Source of the DNA: a virus
Lineage: Duplodnaviria; Heunggongvirae; Uroviricota; Caudoviricetes
Virus record (IMG/VR): IMGVR_UViG_3300001528_000017
Coordinates: 1-64,000 of that record
Length of the DNA stretch: 64,000 nucleotides
Reading direction: 5' to 3' (one strand)
A program made the position numbers and the translations under genes. The notes under the pieces are model-generated. The model saw only the letters and a program-made list of their open reading frames with translations, was not told the origin of the DNA and ran no database searches. Numbering within the stretch: position 1 is the first letter of the stretch; the number at the start of each line of letters is the position of its first letter. Shown one piece after another: positions 9,944 through 20,311 of this stretch.

Positions 9944-10559
9944 ACAAGCTTGGGAGGTCTATGTTAGCATATTTGTCATCACCTTTGCTAGTAGCCCTCT
10001 CTATCTTAACTATAGCAGAGGAAACAAGATTCTGTAACTCCTCCCAATTCCTAGCCTCCAATAATTTGTTTCCTATAGGAATGTCCTTCTCAGGTAAAGA
10101 AGGAATCAACTTCCTAATTCTCTGTACTTGTGGACTCTCCATACGAATAATTCTAAGAGCCTCCAAGAGTTCCTTTTTGGTTCTAACTTCAAAGAACATT
10201 GATGGTTGACTCAAGGTTTCGAGGTGTTTCCTGAAAAGATTTCTCTTAACAGGAAACACATCATTCTCAAAGCCTTTGACTTCAATCACTATTAGGATTC
10301 CATTATACTCAAATGTAAAGTCAGGTGTATAGGTTATAGCCTGCACTGGCTTCATATCCAAGCCTAATAGACCCTTTATTCTGTTGAAGAACGGCACTGT
10401 AGGTCTAATCTTCTCACTCAAAGTAAATGTAACCTTTTCATAGAGAGGGTTAAATCCTTCAGCTACCAATGCCTTATAAATCCTTGCTTCTGTCTCAGAC
10501 TTAAAGGCAATACCTGATTCAGTAGTCTTGGTGGCGTTCTTGATTTTCTTATTCTCCAT
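9909..10559 (-). CDS. DUF1064/VRR-NUC-like restriction-endonuclease-fold protein
   Basis: YTPDFTFEYNGILIVIEVKG (PDF...E.KG) motif. Confidence 0.4.
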   Translation of the reverse strand: MENKKIKNATKTTESGIAFKSETEARIYKALVAEGFNPLYEKVTFTLSEKIRPTVPFFNRIKGLLGLDMKPVQAITYTPDFTFEYNGILIVIEVKGFENDVFPVKRNLFRKHLETLSQPSMFFEVRTKKELLEALRIIRMESPQVQRIRKLIPSLPEKDIPIGNKLLEARNWEELQNLVSSAIVKIERATSKGDDKYANIDLPSLYDLQASISDII

Positions 10560-11082
10560 CAGCTACTAAATCCTTTATGAGAGGAAGTAACAGCCTATGA
10601 GCATCAAGAGCGTCCTTTGCGGAATAGAATACTACTGCATTGTTATGATTGCCTACCACCTCTACAGGACTGTAGTTAGCAGCAGGATTCAACCAATAGA
10701 CCTTGGGACCTTTCTTAAGGTCTCTGTTCTTCACCTCAGCAATAGTCTCCAAAAGTACAAGCAGGTGTGCTCTCTTTGAGGTCTCAGAGAGAAGGAAGAA
10801 ATACCCAATGCAAGAAGGAAGGGACATTCCATTCTTTCTGGCAAATCTCCTGAAGTAGGGCTTCATGTTCTCAAAGAAAGTCTGTGCCTCAGTCTTCTGA
10901 GGTTCATCATCCTTGATAACAACAAAGCCATCATCCACCAGCTTCTTGAGTGTTGCAGGGGATACTTCAACCTCAACCTGTGCCTTACCTCCACCATAGG
11001 AAGTGTTCACTGGAGTTGAGATTTGAATCTTCTCACCCAACTTGACTTCTTTTCCGTCTTCTTTTAAGAAAAACTTCTTCAT
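10549..11082 (-). CDS. hypothetical protein
   Basis: 177-aa ORF in the co-directional gene array. Confidence 0.35.
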   Translation of the reverse strand: MKKFFLKEDGKEVKLGEKIQISTPVNTSYGGGKAQVEVEVSPATLKKLVDDGFVVIKDDEPQKTEAQTFFENMKPYFRRFARKNGMSLPSCIGYFFLLSETSKRAHLLVLLETIAEVKNRDLKKGPKVYWLNPAANYSPVEVVGNHNNAVVFYSAKDALDAHRLLLPLIKDLVADGE

Positions 11083-11095
11083 TTTTGTGTGATTT

Positions 11096-11773
11096 TTATG
11101 TTAATAACTCTTCATACCATTTTATTGGTATGCCATAACTGTCTTTCATCATTTTGTTAAGCTCTGTGAATACCCAATAGGGCATCTTAGTATGAGTCCT
11201 AGCATAGAAAGCAGGATGATGCACCTTAATAACACTATTCAGTCTTTTGTTAATGTATGGCTCAAAGGTTTGAGCTTGGTCCCCAAAGAGTACATACACT
11301 AACCCTGGGTTTGAGTTACTAAGGTTCTGCAAGAACTTGCTTATGAAAGGTCTCCAAAGCATAACATGACTTCCTACCTTGTTCATTTCACAGGTAAGAG
11401 CAGAGTTAATCATAAGGATACCCTGCTTTGCCCATGATTCAAGTGTGACATCAAACTTGAGAGGAGGATGAGGTATTTCATAGTTGATAGCAGCCTCCTT
11501 GATTACCTCAAGGGAAGGAGAAAGCTCTGTTGTACCTTCCTTGTTACCAAAGAGCACACCAGTAGCTACTCCCTTCTGAGGATAAGGGTCCTGCCCAAGA
11601 AATACTATCTTAACATCATGCTCACTACAAAGAGTAAATGCCTTGAAGATGTCTTTGTATGCAGGAACTATAGGCTTAACTTGGCTGATGGCATTCAACT
11701 TAGTGACTACCTTGTTTAATTCGGTTACATCAATGACCTTCAGCCAATCACCAAAATACTCGTTCAGTTGCAT
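11096..11773 (-). CDS. ung: uracil-DNA glycosylase (family 1)
   Basis: GQDPYP water-activating motif, ILMINSALT, and HPAFY near the C-terminus. Confidence 0.7.
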   Translation of the reverse strand: MQLNEYFGDWLKVIDVTELNKVVTKLNAISQVKPIVPAYKDIFKAFTLCSEHDVKIVFLGQDPYPQKGVATGVLFGNKEGTTELSPSLEVIKEAAINYEIPHPPLKFDVTLESWAKQGILMINSALTCEMNKVGSHVMLWRPFISKFLQNLSNSNPGLVYVLFGDQAQTFEPYINKRLNSVIKVHHPAFYARTHTKMPYWVFTELNKMMKDSYGIPIKWYEELLT

Positions 11774-12851
11774 TAAGACTCCTCAATATGCTTTCATACA
11801 TTTCCTCTCTGTTGGCATGAGTATGGCTTATCTCATAGCCATCTACATCCACATTGTTGATAGTGCCTTCATACCTCAATTCCTTGAGATAAGCTACATC
11901 ATCATGCAGACTATAAGAGCTTTCCACGATGTCACCATTCTCATCAAAGTCTATAATGGCAATTGGGAAATACTCACAAGTTCTCATCTTACCATAGCTA
12001 TCTATAGTAGGCACAGCTACTACATTAGCAGGATTAACAAGAACCATGAGTCCTACCTTACCATAATAGTTTTGCTTGAGCCAACCCTTAGCACCAGTAT
12101 GAAGCCCTCTACTACAGCTATGCTCTTGGTCTGCATCACACTCCTCTCTAGGAATGCTTACAGGATGACCAAGCCTTATCTCTGTAGTATGGCTATGCTG
12201 GTCTGTATAGACAGGAGAATCACCACCATTGACAATCTCGTCATACAACTCTCCAAGATTCATGTTGTGAGTCTTACCTTTGCTAGTAACCTCAATATCA
12301 ACAGAATAAGGATTGTTGTGGTTGATATACTTCTCCTTATAGTAGGCATTTATGATAGCCTTCACCTGCTCAGTGCCATACTTAGCCTCCTCCTTAATGT
12401 CTGCATTTCTGTAGGCAATAATGAGACCAGACTCAGTAATCTGCATATCCCATTTCCTGATAAACCAGAACAGGTTGTTTCTAACTCTTGAGTCAGGATT
12501 AAGGGACACAAGAGTCCAAAAGTTCTTGAACTTCCTCAACTCTACCTCATCACCTTTCTCTTCTGCTTCAATGATTTTGGACACAAAGTCCTCAGGGATG
12601 CTAAGTTCAGACACACCAAGCATATATACAGAGTGACCTCTGAGGGTTAGAATCTTAGATTCTTCCACCTTCTTCATAAGCTCTCTGCCTTGGTAAAGCT
12701 CTTCATTCATGAACTTCTTCTTAACAGCACCCTCATTCTCCTGATTCTCCTGTAGGAACTTCCATATTTCATCAGTACACTCACTAGTACTGTAGAAGCT
12801 GCCATCACTGAAATCAATCTGGAGATAGTTTTGTCTTCTGAATACTTTCAT
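11748..12851 (-). CDS. hypothetical protein
   Basis: 367-aa ORF with no motif I can assign. Confidence 0.4.
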   Translation of the reverse strand: MKVFRRQNYLQIDFSDGSFYSTSECTDEIWKFLQENQENEGAVKKKFMNEELYQGRELMKKVEESKILTLRGHSVYMLGVSELSIPEDFVSKIIEAEEKGDEVELRKFKNFWTLVSLNPDSRVRNNLFWFIRKWDMQITESGLIIAYRNADIKEEAKYGTEQVKAIINAYYKEKYINHNNPYSVDIEVTSKGKTHNMNLGELYDEIVNGGDSPVYTDQHSHTTEIRLGHPVSIPREECDADQEHSCSRGLHTGAKGWLKQNYYGKVGLMVLVNPANVVAVPTIDSYGKMRTCEYFPIAIIDFDENGDIVESSYSLHDDVAYLKELRYEGTINNVDVDGYEISHTHANREEMYESILRSLNATERVFW

Positions 12852-12853
12852 TG

Positions 12854-15040
12854 TTATGTTAATTTAGGGGCTATACTTGGCGTAAGCCCTATTCTTGGTA
12901 ATCTTCCATATTTCTTGTAGGCTATTTGCCTTACTATGTCGTACCTATGTTCTTCCAAGTCTTTCCAACCTTTGTAACTCTTTGCTTCCTTTTCTGTCAA
13001 GGAGAAATAGGCAATATCACATTGATTAACCCAGCCCTTATTCTCATAGTACCTGAATATACTAGCCCTAGTTTCACTACGACTCCAGTAATCCAGACAC
13101 TTGATTTGCTCCTTGTACTTCTTGGCAAACTCCCTATAGATAGGCATTTCTGTGAGACTTATGTTGTACTTTGAGCTTATCTCATAGAAATTTCTCTTGA
13201 TAGCCATAGCAGTTACAATCTTGGAAAGCATAGAGTTCCTGAGGAACATAAAGTTCTCTACAGTCATAAACCTCTTGTTTCCTTCAAGCAGCTTGATATA
13301 CTCAGATTTGACTGTGATAACGCAAGCTAAACCTGAAGTATAGGATACAAGGTCTGAAAGTTGTTTAAGAGTGTAGTCATCCTGAGTATGAGTGGAATAT
13401 ATCACTAAGCCCTTGCTTGGTAGGTCACTAAGATGTTCAATAGTATAACCATAGCTGTGATATGTTCTCATAGGAACCTCACCTGTATCAACCTTCTTCC
13501 CCTTCTTCCTCTTGTTCCTTTGTTCTGCTTTATAGGCTTCCACATAGCTATAGGGAACAGAGTCATTGGACATGACTTTAACAGGGATACGCCTAAAGGT
13601 AAAGTCAATGCACTCTCTTACATTCACATTGTCAGATTTATCAAGGTCTCTAGTCACATAGTCCTCTATGGAATCCTTGAATGAATCCAAACCACCATAT
13701 ACAAGGATAGCTGTGGTCTTTGTGATATTCTCTATAGTATATTGAGAGGTTACTTGCTTGGTTACTTTGTCAGCCTTATCTATCAAGTCAAACCTGTCCA
13801 AAAGCAAATCCTTGAAAGTCTGGTTGAATACCCCTCTTCTATTCCAATAGCTCTTGTTTATAGCTTTGTGTATGAAAGCCTTGTCTATTCCAAGATACTT
13901 GGCAGAGTTGAGGAACTTTACATAGCCCTCAGGCAGTTTCTCACCATCCAATGTTATAAGGCTAAAGTCAACCTGAACATCCTCTCTGTCTATAGCAATC
14001 TGCTCATCCTTCTCTGTAATGACATAAGAATTTGGGAATACAAAGCTGCCACAGAAATCAGATAAGGTCATATTGCCCTTTATGCGTGAGTTTACCATGT
14101 CCTGAAGCTCCTGCTTGACAGCAGCAACCCTTGCCTTGATATTATTGTTAGTGAAGTCAGTGAACTGAAGGGCTTCTCTATTAGGAGTAATATCTACAGA
14201 GCCTATAGGAAGGTCAATAATAAGACCATCATAAGTTCTAAGCCAGTCCTTCTCACAGTCATAGATTACGTTGCCTACCTTGAAGAAGTTACTACCTTGT
14301 AGCCATGAGCACCGAGAGAATGTATTAAAGTGGGTAATCTTCCTATCGTTGAAATCTGCAACCTTAGAAGATATAGTACTGTTGTTACCCTTGTAAGAAA
14401 TGTGTAGTCTGTCAAACAGGCATAGTCCTCTTATAGCCTTAACAAGGTCATTGTCATTGTAAATGTACTTTTCAATTGAGACCTCCAAGCCATTCTTAAA
14501 ATCACTTTCTGTGACCGAGAGTTGGTCTATGTTGATTCCTCCACCGTTCTTATACATCACATAGGAATACTTCTTACCCTCATAATAAGAGGTAATGTGT
14601 GCTACATCTGCACAGGAAAGACAACTGAATCTTCCTATGCCAAACATACCAATGAAGTCATTGCTCTGTCTCTTAGTAGAACTACCTATGTTCTTGTAAA
14701 TCTTATCAAACCTTTCTGGGCTTACTCCAGTTCCATAGTCTCTGATTGAAATTCTATATGTCTTGTATTGATTAGTGTCTTGTATAAGTATTAAAATGTG
14801 CTCATTAGTGCCAGCCTCCACATGAGAATCATAGGCATTAGCCACAGTTTCCCTAAAGAAGGACTCTAAAGGTTTTGAATACAGATTAGATGTTAGAAGA
14901 GTGGTGATAAAGTCTAGGTTGCTTTTGTCTATACCAACCCTATTCTCTTGGACATCCCCTAAATACTCTGCATCGTGACTTAATTCTGTATTTAATATCA
15001 TGTTGTGTAACAAAAAAAAAAAAGAGGGAGAGACTTTCAT
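12854..15040 (-). CDS. GHKL/Hsp90-like ATPase domain protein (HATPase_c_3-like), 728 aa
   Basis: RETVANAYDS (N-box E..NA.DA), DYGTGVSPERF (G1 DxGxG) and GMFGIGRFS (G2 box). Confidence 0.55.
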   Translation of the reverse strand: MKVSPSFFFLLHNMILNTELSHDAEYLGDVQENRVGIDKSNLDFITTLLTSNLYSKPLESFFRETVANAYDSHVEAGTNEHILILIQDTNQYKTYRISIRDYGTGVSPERFDKIYKNIGSSTKRQSNDFIGMFGIGRFSCLSCADVAHITSYYEGKKYSYVMYKNGGGINIDQLSVTESDFKNGLEVSIEKYIYNDNDLVKAIRGLCLFDRLHISYKGNNSTISSKVADFNDRKITHFNTFSRCSWLQGSNFFKVGNVIYDCEKDWLRTYDGLIIDLPIGSVDITPNREALQFTDFTNNNIKARVAAVKQELQDMVNSRIKGNMTLSDFCGSFVFPNSYVITEKDEQIAIDREDVQVDFSLITLDGEKLPEGYVKFLNSAKYLGIDKAFIHKAINKSYWNRRGVFNQTFKDLLLDRFDLIDKADKVTKQVTSQYTIENITKTTAILVYGGLDSFKDSIEDYVTRDLDKSDNVNVRECIDFTFRRIPVKVMSNDSVPYSYVEAYKAEQRNKRKKGKKVDTGEVPMRTYHSYGYTIEHLSDLPSKGLVIYSTHTQDDYTLKQLSDLVSYTSGLACVITVKSEYIKLLEGNKRFMTVENFMFLRNSMLSKIVTAMAIKRNFYEISSKYNISLTEMPIYREFAKKYKEQIKCLDYWSRSETRASIFRYYENKGWVNQCDIAYFSLTEKEAKSYKGWKDLEEHRYDIVRQIAYKKYGRLPRIGLTPSIAPKLT

Positions 15041-15048
15041 CCCTCCCT
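15012..15048 (-). terminator. rho-independent terminator (minus strand), overlapping the start of the GHKL ATPase gene
   Basis: GAGGGAG...CTCCCTC stem followed on the minus strand by an 11-nt U-run. Confidence 0.5.
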
Positions 15049-15064
15049 CATAGTTAGTGTTTAA

Positions 15065-15349
15065 CTAAAGCAGAGCAGCAACTTCTTCAGCTTCCTTGGC
15101 TGTAAGTGCTCTCTTAGCCTGAAGGGTACTAAGCAGCTTAACCATAGCTTCCTTGCAGGAGCCAGTAGCTTCTTTCTTTTCCTTCTTAGGAGCAGCTTCC
15201 TCCTTGGTAGCAGGCTTCTTACCAAAGCCTCTCAGGAAATCTTCTAGGTCAGCATTAGACACTCTAGTGTAGTTGTCACCGAACTTTGTCTTGATGGCAT
15301 CGGCTGCACCCAGCTCCTTTACCTTAGCATACAATTCTTTTCTTGACAT
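15065..15349 (-). CDS. small Lys/Ala-rich protein
   Basis: ORF 15065..15403 likely starts at the internal MSRKELYAKVKELG. Confidence 0.4.
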   Translation of the reverse strand: MSRKELYAKVKELGAADAIKTKFGDNYTRVSNADLEDFLRGFGKKPATKEEAAPKKEKKEATGSCKEAMVKLLSTLQAKRALTAKEAEEVAALL

Positions 15350-15371
15350 AATGTTTGTATTTTTTTTTTTG

Positions 15372-16406
15372 TTAGAACGGCAATCTGAATGGGTCATCCT
15401 CATCTTCTTCCTCTACAGGTCTGAAAAGGCTGTTGATAATGTCACAGAATTTCTCTCTTCCTACACTCTTGAAGAGGTCTGACACATCCTTACCACCGTC
15501 AAATTTAGGGAGAACAACATTTGTGAATCCAGTCTGCTTAGATAGCTTTTCACCATCTGCAAGACCTGCTTCATCATTATCAAAGAGTACATAGACTTGT
15601 CTATATCTTCTCTTCAACTCAGATATTGCAGTGTCACTCATACCATAGCCCTCACCTTGAACAGCAACAGAAGGAATACCAGTGTTTGCCCAAAGGCATA
15701 AGGCATCCTTTAATGAGGAGCAAATGCAAACTTTGTCACCTGTCTCAGGAATCTTAGTCCAAAGACTGATGACACTTCTGTCATGCTTATTCGCCCACTT
15801 TCTGTCTGCTTTATTGTGAGGTTGATATATCTTTAATGTCACTCTTCCTTCTTTTCTTTCCACAAAGGCATAAGCAAGTTTATCAGCACCAAATACATAT
15901 TTCTTTCCCTCAGATATTACTATCTTATGGGAAATAGGATAGACATCTGCATACTTAAGCCACTCCAAAGGTACACCATAGGAAGCCCAATAGTCAATAT
16001 CATACTGCCTCCACTCTCTGACTTTGCACTGTAAGTCACTATCACTTTGATGAGAAGTGATGTCCCTTATAGCACATGGAGTGTATGTGCCAACTCTAGC
16101 TCCTCCAGCAAACCTTTTCATGTCTTGTTGTATTCTTTTTAGGACTTCTTTGTAACTGCAATGCCACATAAGGGAGAGGAGGTCATAGATACCCCCTCCC
16201 TCTCTTGTAGCAAGGTCAGTCCAGTAAATCCTATTACCATCCCTTGAATAAAGACCGAATGAAGGATTGGTGTCCTTCCTTAATGGGCTGTGAATAAAGC
16301 ATGGAATCTCAGTTACTCCTAGATAATAGGAAACCAAGTCAGCGTCACTCACTTTGCTCTTGATGTCTTCAAAGGATACAGAGTCTTTTCCTGTACTGAA
16401 TGCCAT
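15372..16406 (-). CDS. DNA primase (zinc-binding and TOPRIM domains)
   Basis: CFIHSPLRKDTNPSF zinc-binding region, TOPRIM-like ICSSLKDAL and VLFDNDEAG (DxD). Confidence 0.65.
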   Translation of the reverse strand: MAFSTGKDSVSFEDIKSKVSDADLVSYYLGVTEIPCFIHSPLRKDTNPSFGLYSRDGNRIYWTDLATREGGGIYDLLSLMWHCSYKEVLKRIQQDMKRFAGGARVGTYTPCAIRDITSHQSDSDLQCKVREWRQYDIDYWASYGVPLEWLKYADVYPISHKIVISEGKKYVFGADKLAYAFVERKEGRVTLKIYQPHNKADRKWANKHDRSVISLWTKIPETGDKVCICSSLKDALCLWANTGIPSVAVQGEGYGMSDTAISELKRRYRQVYVLFDNDEAGLADGEKLSKQTGFTNVVLPKFDGGKDVSDLFKSVGREKFCDIINSLFRPVEEEDEDDPFRLPF

Positions 16407-16428
16407 CTTACTTATGTTTTATGAGTTC

Positions 16429-17346
16429 TTAGTTTTGACCCCAAGGGGTTGCACCTCCAGCAGGGGGGAATGGCATATCACCACCACCTCCAGCAGCAAG
16501 GTCTGTACCTTCAACTACATACTCATGAAGCTCAGTGCAGTCAAACTCTGAGCTAGACATAGCACCAGATTCCTGAGTCTGCTTAACATCCTTGTCAAGC
16601 TTGCTGTAGTCAGATACACCGTTCTTAAGGAACATCCTTGTGTACACAGTCTGATACTGCTTGTTATCATCTGTGTTTCTTATACCAAAGAGAACCTTAA
16701 CCTTATTGTTGGGCTGATAGCCAATGATAGTTCTAAGCTCACTTACATCACCCTTGAAGTAATCTTCAATGTGCTCCAGTGAAGCCTCACTATCAGAAAG
16801 CTTGTCAGCATCATTCATTACCCACTTACCATCAACATATCTCTGACAGGAAGGAATGTTAAGGTATGCAATGAGGAACTTGATAAGCTCCTCTTCACCA
16901 ATGTATGCAGGTCTGTAATCCTTGTCAATGTTGGCAGGACCATTGCTATACACAGGAACTTCGTGAGCCTTAGCCTGCTCAACAGTTACCCATGCAGTTC
17001 TACCATACTTGTCAATAACCTGAACCTTGGTGTTGTCCTTGTTATACCTATAAGCTCTCCTTATAAAGAGAGAAACCTTACTTACAAAGTTGAGAGGCTG
17101 ATTAGCTGCATCAAGATACTTCTCAGGGTCAGCCTTGACAATAAAGTCAAGTCTTATCTGAGGAACCTTGGTATCACCAGCTTCTGCCTCACCAATATAC
17201 TCAGGAGCATTCTCCAGAGTTCTACCATAAAGCTTCTCTAACTCTTCTTTGAGGGGGTTTACAGCAAGTACAAATACACTAGCTACACCAATGTATCTCT
17301 TAATGCTACCACCCTCAGAACTTACTTGTCCCTGTCCAAATGCCAT
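16429..17346 (-). CDS. putative ssDNA-binding protein
   Basis: Position between primase and helicase genes. Gly-rich C-terminus with DMPF-like acidic tip. Weak. Confidence 0.3.
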   Translation of the reverse strand: MAFGQGQVSSEGGSIKRYIGVASVFVLAVNPLKEELEKLYGRTLENAPEYIGEAEAGDTKVPQIRLDFIVKADPEKYLDAANQPLNFVSKVSLFIRRAYRYNKDNTKVQVIDKYGRTAWVTVEQAKAHEVPVYSNGPANIDKDYRPAYIGEEELIKFLIAYLNIPSCQRYVDGKWVMNDADKLSDSEASLEHIEDYFKGDVSELRTIIGYQPNNKVKVLFGIRNTDDNKQYQTVYTRMFLKNGVSDYSKLDKDVKQTQESGAMSSSEFDCTELHEYVVEGTDLAAGGGGDMPFPPAGGATPWGQN

Positions 17347-17348
17347 GA

Positions 17349-17768
17349 TTACAAAGTGGGAGCTTCAGTTTCGGGTTCAAGAGTTTCAGCAGGAGCCTCT
17401 ACTGTGCCAGCTTCAGGAGCTTCAGGAGCTGCATCAGCGGGTTCTGTGGGTTCTGCTGTCTCCTCTACAGGAACTATGGTCTCAGGATACTTGAGATTCC
17501 ACTTAGTCACCTTGATAGGCTTACCGTCCTTGTCAACCTTATCAGTGACTTCCACAGTCCTTACTACGAGGTCTTCAGTGCCATAACCACCAGTAGCTTC
17601 CTTGATAGGAGCCTCATAGGTGTCAAGCTGCACCTGAATAGACTTCAATTCTTCTTCTCTTTCGGCAATCTCTGCCTGAAGTTTCTGCTTCCTTCTCACA
17701 AGGGGAGAAACATTCTGTGCAGTCCTTTTCAGACTAGCAACAAAAAACTTAGAAAATTCTTTCTTCAT
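17349..17768 (-). CDS. hypothetical protein with P/E/A/T-rich tail
   Basis: Low-complexity PTEPADAAPEAPEAGTVEAPAETLEPETEAP C-terminus. Confidence 0.4.
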   Translation of the reverse strand: MKKEFSKFFVASLKRTAQNVSPLVRRKQKLQAEIAEREEELKSIQVQLDTYEAPIKEATGGYGTEDLVVRTVEVTDKVDKDGKPIKVTKWNLKYPETIVPVEETAEPTEPADAAPEAPEAGTVEAPAETLEPETEAPTL

Positions 17769-17801
17769 AATGTTAATGTATATAAATGTGTTGTGTGTTT
17801 G

Positions 17802-18530
17802 TTATCCGTTATAATACTTGTTCACCTTTTCCACTACTATACCCAAATCATTGGGAATGTAAAGGTTGTCAAACATACCATAAGGAGACTTTGGAGAGGA
17901 TGTGAACTCATCCTCATTGGTGATGAACTCTTTGATTACCTTCTTGGAGGCAGTATCAAACCTACTTCTACCCACAAGAGTAACATCAAACTTACCTTCT
18001 GGTGTTACATACTCATCAACCATCTTTCCTGTGGTCTTCATCTTTAGATAGACTCTACCATCCTGTTGGGGGACTTCTTCACCATGTGCAAGCACTATGA
18101 TGTTCTTGTCAGAATCACCATACTTCTCAATGGCTGAGAATATCTTACCCATGAAGTAACCAATCTTCTTGGGAGTGTCCCAACCACCCTTGAGTGCATT
18201 GTCCATGTAATAGTCCTGCATCAGATAGTTAAAGTCATCAACCACAATGTTCTTAAAGGGACTCTGTAGGAGTTGCTCAATGGCGTAAGCAACCTGCTCA
18301 GGGTTATTGGTGATAACCCTATTACCACCACCCATATTGCTAATAGGTGTGGTCTTATACAACTCTCTACTCCCAGGGAATGTCAATGGCTTTGAGGTAA
18401 CACTAATGACATAGGTTTCCTTAGGGTTGAGACCAACATGGTTCAACTCTTCTACCTTACCCATGCTAAAAGTCTTACCAAAGCCAGACTTTGCAAGAAC
18501 TAAAATTCTGCTCATTGTTTTCTTCTCCAA
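17802..18530 (-). CDS. AAA_24/Sak4-like ATPase
   Basis: Walker A LAKSGFGKTFS, about 240 aa, recombination-module context. Confidence 0.5.
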   Translation of the reverse strand: MEKKTMSRILVLAKSGFGKTFSMGKVEELNHVGLNPKETYVISVTSKPLTFPGSRELYKTTPISNMGGGNRVITNNPEQVAYAIEQLLQSPFKNIVVDDFNYLMQDYYMDNALKGGWDTPKKIGYFMGKIFSAIEKYGDSDKNIIVLAHGEEVPQQDGRVYLKMKTTGKMVDEYVTPEGKFDVTLVGRSRFDTASKKVIKEFITNEDEFTSSPKSPYGMFDNLYIPNDLGIVVEKVNKYYNG

Positions 18531-18601
18531 ACTGCAAAGGTAGCAATTTTCATGTACCCTCGCAATATCATAATGAATTTACTCAGTGTATCAGAAGAGA
18601 T

Positions 18602-19702
18602 TTAATTAAGTTGCTTGAGATAGGCATAGACTTGTCCCATGCCTGCTGTGTTTTCAGGTTTAGGCAATTCAGCCCAATTACAAGTAGCACCATCAAAGAA
18701 CAAAGCTACTATACCTCCTAGCTCACCATCCCTGTTTACTAGGACTTCCAATGTTCTAAAATGGTCTTTGAACTTGTCAATAGGATACCCAAGATACTCC
18801 TTGAGTCCAAACCTGAAAGGACTAAACACACCTAACACAATGTTAGCATCATGTGATGTGTACTTACTATCCCCTAAGCCAGCTGTAGTTGGTCTGGTCC
18901 TATTGAGCTTAACACTCTCTATAGACTCATTATCCGTGTTCTGCTGCTGTATATTTATAGGAGATTGTCCATACCTGTCTCTAAGAAGAATGCAATATTC
19001 ACTCCATTTGTCAATGGCTTGCTTCTTCGTGAAACCTCTCTCAGTCTGAATTAGATTAACAGTATCAGCTAAGACAAGGACATACTCATCAGGATTGTTA
19101 GGAATGTACCTATCAAATACCTGAACCTCCTTCTCCAACCCAAGTTCATCCTTGACCTTGATAGTCTTTGTAACCACCTTCCCATGTTCTTCTGCATACT
19201 GCTTACAGAACTTATACATACCTGTGGGGTTAGATTCATCCGAGAAGACTATGTGGGACTCAAAGTAATCCACTATGTCTATGAACTCATCAGAATCTAT
19301 CTTATCAAGTATCTCTTGGGGAACTGGTCTTTCATTGTCAGAACTCCTTAAGTCTGAGGGACTTATCCTAATCTTGAAGTGCTGATTAAGAAGCCAAGAG
19401 TAGAACCTAGTCATTATCCTCTGCTTTGTCTCCTCCAATGGAAAGTAAAGTATCTTCACAGACACTCCAGTTTGCTTCTCATTGTAGTAACAGTACATGA
19501 GTGCATCAAAGAGCAAATGAGACACCAATTGAGTCTTTCCTCCTTTGGTAAAGCTAGTCACTATATAATAGGTGGACTGCTCCCAACCTAGGAAATCTCT
19601 TGAGAACCTTTTGAATGGTGAAGGAATTGTATTCACACCGCCATCAATCAGCCTCTGTCTCCTTGCCTTGAGCATTTTGTTAGTTTCTTCTCTTAGACTC
19701 AT
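18602..19702 (-). CDS. DnaB-like replicative helicase (RecA fold)
   Basis: Walker A TSFTKGGKTQL and Walker B-like LVLADTVNLIQ. Confidence 0.6.
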   Translation of the reverse strand: MSLREETNKMLKARRQRLIDGGVNTIPSPFKRFSRDFLGWEQSTYYIVTSFTKGGKTQLVSHLLFDALMYCYYNEKQTGVSVKILYFPLEETKQRIMTRFYSWLLNQHFKIRISPSDLRSSDNERPVPQEILDKIDSDEFIDIVDYFESHIVFSDESNPTGMYKFCKQYAEEHGKVVTKTIKVKDELGLEKEVQVFDRYIPNNPDEYVLVLADTVNLIQTERGFTKKQAIDKWSEYCILLRDRYGQSPINIQQQNTDNESIESVKLNRTRPTTAGLGDSKYTSHDANIVLGVFSPFRFGLKEYLGYPIDKFKDHFRTLEVLVNRDGELGGIVALFFDGATCNWAELPKPENTAGMGQVYAYLKQLN

Positions 19703-20301
19703 CTTACACTATCCATCCAACTCTCATTATTCACATCTTCATGACCTGCATTTTCAATGTAACTGAGAAACTGAGAGGTTTCATCCCCTGTTGTAAGGTT
19801 CCTCTTACTGATGAAATACTTCAGTACTTGCATGAACTGATAATCACCATTAAAGGATTCCACATACTTCTTAGTGGCTTCTATAGCCTGCTCATCTGTG
19901 AATACAGCCTTATACTTCTTTACGATAGCCTTTAACCTTTTGGCAATAATAGGCTGGCTGTCTCTCCACATGAGCTTAGTACCTGGTTTTCTACCTTCAG
20001 GGAATACTTCTTGCATCTTCTTAGCAAGCTTATCAAATCTATCTTCTTCGGAATTTGGAAGGTGGAACTCGCTATTCAAGAATATACTTTCAATGAGGTC
20101 CACACCAGTTTGAGTTAATCTAGCATTGATAGGCTCCCTCTTGAGGTCAAACCCATCAAACTCTATTAACCCTCTGGCGCAGACATCCTGAAAAGTGTTA
20201 GGGGAAATAAGTTTACCAAGATATAGAGAAGCTATGTAAAGAGCAGTATCTACGGGAACTTTTAGTTTCTCGCATTCTTTTACATCAAAGCATAACTTCA
20301 T
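19699..20301 (-). CDS. hypothetical protein
   Basis: 200-aa ORF, operon-packed. Confidence 0.4.
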   Translation of the reverse strand: MKLCFDVKECEKLKVPVDTALYIASLYLGKLISPNTFQDVCARGLIEFDGFDLKREPINARLTQTGVDLIESIFLNSEFHLPNSEEDRFDKLAKKMQEVFPEGRKPGTKLMWRDSQPIIAKRLKAIVKKYKAVFTDEQAIEATKKYVESFNGDYQFMQVLKYFISKRNLTTGDETSQFLSYIENAGHEDVNNESWMDSVR

Positions 20302-20311
20302 ACTTGTTCAC

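Noticed and set aside
11643-12491. 282-aa plus-strand ORF overlapping minus-strand genes 11096-12851
   Set aside because: Antisense to two well-supported genes, low-complexity L/I/S-rich translation typical of shadow ORFs in AT-rich DNA. Same reasoning for most other short opposite-strand ORFs in the track (e.g. 741-1019, 3276-3476, 8226-8528, 26539-26892, 27532-27954).
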